NCBI GenBank assembly: GCA_964016885.1
Contig: OZ024745.1
Location: forward strand, 119,102,001 to 119,166,000
From: Eledone cirrhosa
Lineage: Eukaryota
Length of the DNA: 64,000 nucleotides
Direction of reading: 5' to 3'
Both the position numbers and the translations under genes were made by a program. Each line of letters begins with the position of its first letter. Position 1 is the stretch's first letter. The notes beneath the pieces were generated by a model, which saw nothing but the letters and a program-made list of their open reading frames with translations, made no database searches and had not been told where the DNA came from. Positions 56,126 to 64,000 of this stretch are shown piece by piece.

Positions 56126-56400
56126 CTAGCAGAGGCACCCGGCTTTGCCCGGAAATGAAATTGTTCGTTATATACTAGCAGAAAAAGCAAAATATGTTGT
56201 ATAGAAATTTGTTATTCTAAATTCAATTCATACTTCAATTGGGATACATGAAATCAATTCTGAATTCATATTACAAGAAAAAAGAAATTAATAATAATAA
56301 ACGAAAACACAAAATTTACTATTATTTTATAATTTTATTTTTTATGTTTATCATTTAATACATGTTTTTTTTTAAAACTATCATAGGCTGTGGGTATCTC
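56126..56400 (-). mobile_element. Helitron 3' terminus
   Basis: Reverse strand: ccggg-caaag-ccggg hairpin region followed by ctgCTAG|T. Confidence 0.6.
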
Positions 56401-56464
56401 TAACCATATTTTCCATTGCAAACGATTGTTTCATTGCGGAAATATCCATGCAAATATAAGGTAA

Positions 56465-56791
56465 AGGGTAAAGACCCCCTTCGGTCATAGCATTTGCACT
56501 TAGAAAGTTCCCCTCCATGTCACAAGTCCGGGTAAGGTTTTTATGGAAGACAAGTAGTCGCCCATGTATACCAGACTCCCCTCTCCAAGCCACCGATGTT
56601 GTCCAAGAGAAAGGCAAAGGCTGATACAGTTTGACACCAGTGACGTCGCAACCTATTTCTAGAGCCGAGTAAACTGGAACAACGTGAAATAAAGTGTCTT
56701 GCTAAAGAACACAACGCAAAGCTCGGTCCGAGAATCGAACTCACAATCTCAGGAGCGTAAGCCCAACGCTCTAACCCCTAAGCCATGCGCC

Positions 56792-56792
<1 letters not shown>
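56465..56792 (-). mobile_element. SINE family B, full length
   Basis: Reverse strand ggcgcatggcttag..gagttcgattc..agcaagacactttatt..gggggtctttacccttta. Confidence 0.82.
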
Positions 56793-56870
<78 letters not shown>

Positions 56871-56874
56871 AGTG

Positions 56875-57090
56875 AAGGGCGAGGCTGAGTAGTTAGAAAA
56901 TTGGATTCACAATCGTGAGGTTGTGAGTTCGATTCCTGGAGCGCGTGATGCGTTATGTCCTTGAGCAAGACACTTTATTTCATGTTGCTCCTTCTACCTG
57001 GAGTTGCGACCGATAGATAGTATTAGCAATTGGAAAGTCCAATGGAAACATTGTTTGCTCGGTCCGACTTGACGAAAGTCGATCGACTAT
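56875..57090 (+). mobile_element. SINE family B variant
   Basis: ggctgagtagttaga..gagttcgattcc..tccttgagcaagacac..gatcgac. Confidence 0.85.
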
Positions 57091-57358
57091 ATACAAATAA
57101 GCTACATATATATTATATAGGGAAACAATCGTACGGAACCACATACACATATACTATATATAACTATATGGATAAACATTATAGCACTCGATCGGCATTC
57201 GAGAGATACGGAGTTCGATTCCAGGCAGGTGCTACTGTCTACCTTTTTCTGGATCTATGTGTAGTTTACCCGATTTTCCCGATTAATATTTATAGTGATT
57301 GACTATTATTGTGGTCAGTTGCTTCGGGACGCACACATTAAAAATTTCATATACAATG

Positions 57359-57393
<35 letters not shown>

Positions 57394-57546
57394 ATATAGG
57401 AACATGTTCAAGACCCCGATGGCAGAGCTCAAGCCGTTTCGACGGCTATTTGTGGACTACATTTTCCAATTACCCACTATACTATCCTAAGTATTGAGTA
57501 TTCTGGTGCGTTATGGTCCATCTGGTTCCTTACCACACTTCCTTCG

Positions 57547-57584
<38 letters not shown>

Positions 57585-57776
57585 CAAAGAAGATGTGGTA
57601 AGATACCAGGTGGACCATAATGCATTAGAGTACTCGATACTTAGGGTAGTAGAGTGGGTAATAGGGAAAGAGTCAGGATCCCGAGGGCTGAGCTTCGGCC
57701 GTTTCGACAGCTAGATCCGATAGATAGTATTAGCAATAAATAAACAGGTTGAAATTAACTTCGTTTATTCATTTTC

Positions 57777-57835
57777 ACTGTTATATATATTTCGGTGATA
57801 ACCATTATGCAACAGCTATGACATTATCAGACAGC
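57777..57835 (-). ncRNA. Hammerhead ribozyme, core-mutated (CTGATAA)
   Basis: Reverse strand: gctgt-CTGATAA-..atagctgtt/aatggttat..-GAAA-TATATA-TA-acagt. Confidence 0.55.
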
Positions 57836-57944
57836 ACGAATTTGAACAGAAAGAAACAGAAAACATCAACGAAGGAATAATTTTTTTATATGCTCAGTGC
57901 TGAAGTTTGGTGTCGTTTTCTCAAAGCACTGGTCGCTCGCATAC

Positions 57945-57975
<31 letters not shown>

Positions 57976-58400
57976 TGTATGTATGTATGTATGTATGTAT
58001 GTATGTATGTATGTATGTATGTATGTATGTATGTATGTACCATGGGCCCAACACTATGTGTCAATAATTGTCACAAGTGTAGTGTTTGTACCAGAGTTTT
58101 CAAGTCGCTGGCTGGACTAAAAAGTCACACTCGTTCAGCGCTTCGGTAGGGGTTCTCCTACATGGATATAAAGTAGTGGCCGTACTCGAAAACGAGTTGG
58201 CAGCCACCATGTATGTATGTATGTATATTATATATATATATACATACACACAAACAGGAGTTTCGCACGTAGATCGAGAGGTGACTACAGTTAAAAAGTT
58301 TCTCAAAACATTAGTAGAGTATAGGCATCTATATTCTTTTATGGTAAGGACTTCTACAAGACTGATGATTATATAGTATTTTACGTGTTAGAGCCGACAC

Positions 58401-58435
<35 letters not shown>

Positions 58436-58999
58436 CGCGCGCGCACATTTATATATAATCAAATAATATATTAAAATGGACGCCGGCAAACGCGTATTTA
58501 TAAAATATCTTAAAAAGATAAACAGCATCCTGGAAATGAAAAGGGAATAGCAGTTCGAAGAAATATGGTTTTTCTTAATAGCTTTAATCATGGCCATGGA
58601 ACCTCTATACCTCCAACAGTGATATCCATGGGGTTTTGAAGAGCTACGACCTCTACAGGTGTATGTTTTAGATAGACAGGTAGAAGAATGAATTCATACA
58701 TTCTGATACGTTTGTCAACCCCTATCTATATATGTTAGACATAATTATGAAAGATACGAAGGGTGAGTGTGTGGAACAAGAATAAAGCACCATCCTGGGC
58801 AACCACATATTGTAACGTTGAAACTGATGTCGTTTGAGAGGAGGCTGTAGAGGGGGTAGTGCAACAGCGATCATCTACATGACTGGCCTGAGCACCACCA
58901 TTGATTACAACAGCAACATATAATTCAAAGGAGAATTCAAAGGAGAATATAAGGCATATATTGGCTGCACAATAAACACAGGCACGAAATATAAAGAAT

Positions 59000-59265
59000 A
59001 TCATCATCATCATCATCATCATCCGGCAATCTCAGCCGAAATGGACTCAACAATTGATCTCCACGTGGGTCTGTCGTTCATTGCAGCTGCCAGGTACTGG
59101 ATTTCAATACCAGAATCTCTGGAAATAAAATCAGGGTAGGAGAGCTTGCGCCCCCAATTATTAGTGACTGGTTGTGATTTCCAAAGCACTAATCGGGACA
59201 CACCTTCATAGGTGGCACGATGGCAGTGGCCAGCAAAACTTACTCTCCTATTACGTACAATCCCC
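59000..59265 (-). mobile_element. RTE-type LINE 3' end with (TGA)n tail
   Basis: RRVSFAGHCHR..SRLVLW..AMNDRPTWR; (cat)n at 59001-59022. Confidence 0.8.
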
Positions 59266-59487
59266 AAATCCTCCAGAGACGGATTAAAATGCAATATGTA
59301 GATAAAGTATGTAACGAGGTAGTTGAACAGCAAGCGTTTTAAATCAAGGTGCTTAGGATTACACAGTAGTTGAACTGGGTGCAATAGATGCAGAGTCAAA
59401 GCTAGGGACACTGACATACGTGGTTACCAGGTATTGTACATTTGGGATAGTCACCGCTGAGACCGGTGCAAATGTCACACCAATATT

Positions 59488-59630
59488 ATTGGCAGTATCG
59501 GTAGAGGGTCGGACGCCATGCTTTGCAGCAAAGAGTTATGGTCTGAGTTCAAATCCCGCCGAGGTTAACTTTGTCTTTCATCCTTACGGGGTCGATAATT
59601 GCCGGCCCCGTGCCAAAAGTAGAAATAATA
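59488..59630 (+). mobile_element. SINE family A (deleted)
   Basis: ttggcagtatcggtagagggtcggacgcc..gagttcaaatcccgccgagg. Confidence 0.8.
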
Positions 59631-60109
59631 TTATTGATGAATATCAGAGTTCTGTTACAGTTTGGTACAGAAACGAAATTCCCTACTTGAGAGACATTTC
59701 CTTATGTAATTAAGTAATATGCATAACACTCACAGAAACACATCTAACGATTAACAGATGCTGAAATACACATATTGGATATAAAGTCATAGAGGAGTCA
59801 CATTTACATCCATGAAGACATCACAATCTTGATCCTTCTGTCACAGTCAAATCCAGTTTCTAACATAGTCTTCCAGTCTCTCGCCATCTCACCCCGCTGT
59901 CTCACCGCAGGCTCACGCCAGTCTCCCGCGTAGGTTACTGCCTGATACCTTCCTCCCTCTCTCCAAACATCCTTGAAATGGATCATAGGTACTGCTCTTT
60001 CTCCCAATGGGTGTGTGGTTTTTTGTTTGTTTGATTAGGAAGAACAACATCCTTGGAAATGTTCCCAAACGTACGACACTTGTGACAAAAAGTAACAATT
60101 TATCATTTA

Positions 60110-61020
60110 TGTTTGTGGACCAATGTAGTAAGTGGTAGTGTCCACACTTTAAAAAATGATCTGTTCAACATATCCTCCGAATAACAGAAGTCTTGAGGCA
60201 AACTTTGAAGACAATCGTAAAAAGATAAATGAGCTATCAATCAAACTGCACCGACACCGCAATGTACTTTACTTGGATGATTTCCATCTCACCAAAAAGG
60301 CCCGAAAGCCAAGTTCAAGTGGGGATTTTGTAGCTTGAACAAAGACAAGCAAAATCTTTACTTCATTTGCGCAATGCAATGTTATTGAAACAAAAATATT
60401 CTCCCCAAGGAAGTGTAATAAATCAAATTATAAAATGATTCAGAGATTCTTGCACAAGCCTGGCCGGAAAGATTCATTATCAAAGACAAAAACATAGAAT
60501 TTATATAATTTACGTCATTAATGCAAGTGGTATATATTAAATTTCTTTTTCCGAAATAGCCAACACACACAAAAAACAAAATCTCCAGAGACAGACAAGT
60601 GCTTTTGCACAAATATCTCAAGTTGCCCAAATGTGCAACTTAAGGATTGTAAAAAAATACAGAGAAATATTGCTTAAATATGTCACTGTTAGAAAGAACT
60701 CAAACACTTCCATGATAAGCAAAAAGCAGAAAGAGAAGCCAGGTTTATAGAAACTATAAAAAAAGCCCTAAAGCCTTCTATAAATTTGCTAAATAATCTG
60801 CTTCAGCTCTCCATGATTACACAACTATTCAAAGAAAAAATGGCTCATAGCCTAAAGTCCCCCGAAGAATAATTGAAATAATCAATGAATACTACAAAGG
60901 TGTTTTCACATGCATACAAATAAACCAGAGGAATTCTTTGGAACTACAGCTCTGCTTAGAAAGATATACTCTAGCTTGATGAGACAGGGTCATCCTAGTT
61001 CAGTGATTCCAGAGGCATCA
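60110..61020 (+). mobile_element. Decayed CR1-group LINE (endonuclease end and linker)
   Basis: ICSTYPP..VLYLDDFHL; EARFIETIKKSPKAFYKFAK, similar to 5323-5595. Confidence 0.6.
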
Positions 61021-61034
61021 TCGTGCGTAGAGCC

Positions 61035-61750
61035 GACCAGCTCCACCAATGTTCTTCAAAATCAACAGGCACAGACACCCTGGCAGGGATCCTGCCAAAA
61101 GGACGTGTCCAAGATGCGAGCAGGACATTGAAATCACTCTGCACGCAATTTTTCAGTGCCCATGGTTGACTGACCTGTGGAATTATGTCGAACAGCTACT
61201 CTCACGTGTGGGACACATCCAGTTGTCAGCCGAGTCCATCGTGAGGATCATCCTGCCGCCTTCATTTAAGTTATGAAGGAGAGGCGGTTTTCCTCTTTCT
61301 GGTGGCTATGGCAAAAGGGATAATATTGTGGACGAGGTTAAAAGGATTGAGGGCAAACACCTTCCTCTCCGGACAACAACTCATCCCCTTCTTTAAATAC
61401 CACTTCAGAAGGAAGGTAAGAATGGAGAGAGAGGTGTTACACCCCAGTAAATTCGCTGAAAGGTGGGTGAATGAGAGAGGTGTTACACCCCAGTAAATTC
61501 GCTGAAAGGTCGATGAATGGGCCCATTCTGCATATAAACCTGTAGCTTGAAGAAGACAAAAAGAGGGAAGACGGGAACACCTACAAAACGTGCTCCTGGT
61601 GTTGAGGGTTGTTCTATCTACGGGGTGTAAAACAACCAAGCAGTAACGCCCCTCTCCCTATTGGGGATTTCGATTATTTTATTTTATATGAGGTTTATTG
61701 TTACTTATTAATGTTAAAGTTATATGATTTTTATGTAAAACCCCAGCCAT
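61035..61750 (+). mobile_element. L1/Tx1 LINE 3' end, homologue of 31671-32797
   Basis: CPRCEQDIEITLHAIFQCP..WNYVEQLLSRVG; WTRLKGL; ~41-bp tandem duplication at 61425-61510. Confidence 0.85.
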
Positions 61751-61844
61751 TTTCATACACACACACATATATATATATATACATACATATATAGATCTAT
61801 GTATATCTATATAGATATATACGCAAATATATATACACATTTAT

Positions 61845-62095
61845 TTTATTATTTGTGTTCAAGCCGAAGGGCTGGAGCACTGCCACTAATGCTACACTCT
61901 CTATAGCCAACCTTCCTGGTTGGCCATTGGTGCAAAAGGGAGTTTGTTGTTGCTGCTGTTATTTGTGCGTCGCCTCGTGCTGTAGGTTCATTTGGGACCT
62001 TGGTCAGTAGAATGTCAAGATGTCTCTTGAAAACATCTACATGCACACCACGTAGATCTCTTAGATTTTTTGGCAGCTTCTTAAAAACCTGCAGT
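61845..62095 (-). mobile_element. CR1 LINE 3' end
   Basis: FKKLPKNLR..FKRHLDILLTKVPNEP..NSL; (AATA)n-like tail. Confidence 0.8.
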
Positions 62096-62169
62096 AGGTA
62101 AATATTTAATATCAAATATATAAATAAATATTTAATATCAAATATTTAATATTAAATATTTACCTAGCC

Positions 62170-63065
62170 TTCCCCCTAAAACTAATCACAATAATAGGAA
62201 AAGGAAATTATTTGGTTTACACCCCCTTCTCCCTAACTGTCAAAACTAATGTAGTAAGGAAATTCCTTGATCTCTTAGACAAACATTTTCGCCCTAATCA
62301 TAAATATTATAAGATATTTAATAGAAATGTAGTTAAAATCAGCTACTCTTGCTGCCCATCAACGGTCAATGAAGTCTAAAATCATCAATTCTAATCGTAC
62401 GAGAATAAATTCAGGATGCAGTTGCAGGAAGCCGGATGAATGCTCATTACAGGGCAAATGTAATACCAAATCCATTGTATATGAGGCCAAAGTGACACCT
62501 TTGATTAACAACCAGCCAGCCAGGAATGAACGATATGTTGGCATGACTCAGGACAGTTTCAAAACCAGGTTTATGCACATGTCGCTTCTTTTAAACACTC
62601 TGATAAAAGAACAGCAACGGCTCTCGCAAATAAGATGTGGGAATTCAAAGATAAAAACATCCCGTACTCTATCGATTGGTCTATTTTAGACCATTCGAGG
62701 GAATACCAAAGGGGCATAAAGAATTATTCTTTGTGTACCACTGAAAAATTTAGAATTCTACAAAACTTGAAAGCCACTTCAACTTGCCTCAACTCTAAGA
62801 CCAAGATCTTCAGATGTTGTCCTCACCTGAAATCACATCTGCTCTGTAACTGGATTGACATTCCTACGATGACTCAACCACTTTGAACTTCTTCTCCGCG
62901 TTTACGCCTTACATCCACTACGATTTTTATTACTCTCTGAACTCACTTTCTGTACCCTTATATTCTTTTTCTCCCTTATCTCCTCTTATATTTAAACTTT
63001 TTCCTATTTATTTATTTTCCTTATTCCCCCTACTTTCTACCTTACCCTTTACATACCCGCCTTTT
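62170..63065 (+). mobile_element. Naiad-type Penelope element: linker, Zn-finger, GIY-YIG endonuclease and 3' UTR
   Basis: WFTPPFS..FLDLLDKHF..KIFNRNVVKISYSC; CSCRKPDECSLQGKC; IVYEA..YVGMT..FKTR; WSIL..LCTTEK..LNSK..CPH. Confidence 0.9.
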
Positions 63066-63348
63066 TTATTTATAGATATTTATTTATTTCTGTGTGTATG
63101 TATGTGTTGTGTATATATGTATATACATATATATGTATGTATATATGTGGATATAATTATATATATCTGTATGTATATGTATGTGTGTGTTTATATATGT
63201 GTGTATTTTTATTATCGTGGTGACGTAACCTTTTGTATATATATGTGTGTGTGTATATTAGTGTGTGTGTGTGTATATGTATATATTTATATATATATAT
63301 AATAGCCGTCGAAACGGCTTTAGCTCTCCGGTCGGGGTCATAATTTTT

Positions 63349-63409
<61 letters not shown>

Positions 63410-63645
63410 ATGGTTGTGTGTGTGCGTGTGTGTATGTGTGTGTGTGTGTGTGTATGTATGTATATATGTGTATGTATATGCATATTTACATACAGAGTGA
63501 TTTAATGTTTATTTTCATTGATTATTTTCTCCAGGAACTTGTTGAGTGCTCTAAATCAGCTATAAACATTTATACCTTTATCTATTTACTTATCTATTTA
63601 TTATTTGTCGTATTCCCATCTATTTGTTTACCCCTTCCACCTTTT

Positions 63646-63727
<82 letters not shown>

Positions 63728-63755
63728 TTGTATATTTATGTGTATGTGTATGTAT

Positions 63756-63804
<49 letters not shown>

Positions 63805-64000
63805 GATAATATAAAGATTTACACATACACATATTAGACAAAGTCACAGATATATATGTTTTGGCAACCATTCACGATGTGGCTCACTGATGAATTAATA
63901 AATTAAATAATCAGAGTAATATACTATAAAGTATGTCCATAGAATCATTTGATATTATATATACACATCATTTCAACTCCCAATTAGCATAATTAACCGC

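Noticed and set aside
57183-57250. tRNA-like A/B boxes here and in SINE heads
   Set aside because: No full cloverleaf; these are SINE heads, not tRNA genes.
58360-58400. CTGATGA motif
   Set aside because: No downstream GAAA, stem III or stem I complement, so not called as a hammerhead.

Overview
AT-rich, repeat-saturated eukaryotic (animal) DNA. The SINE families (CORE-type and Meta/Ceph-type tRNA SINEs), the huge (TA)n-derived arrays and the LINE mix suggest an octopod cephalopod; this is an inference. I cannot support any host protein-coding gene, rRNA, true tRNA or CRISPR array. All long ORFs in the track are microsatellite read-through artefacts. The real coding signal is decayed transposons: Penelope-like elements (Naiad-type RT and GIY-YIG), CR1, R4/Dong, RTE, L1/Tx1 and CRE LINEs, a Helitron, mariner and maT/Tc1 transposons, and several MITEs. 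The main hidden signal is non-coding. About 15 type I hammerhead ribozyme motifs from several unrelated sequence families lie on both strands, mostly just upstream of (TA)n/(CA)n arrays, as expected for pseudo-LTRs of microsatellite-targeting Penelope-like elements. Several have 40-75 nt inserts in stem II, several have a non-canonical 10.1-11.1 pair, and two sit in the arms of a near-perfect ~384-bp palindrome. All folds were derived by eye, and TE boundaries are approximate.
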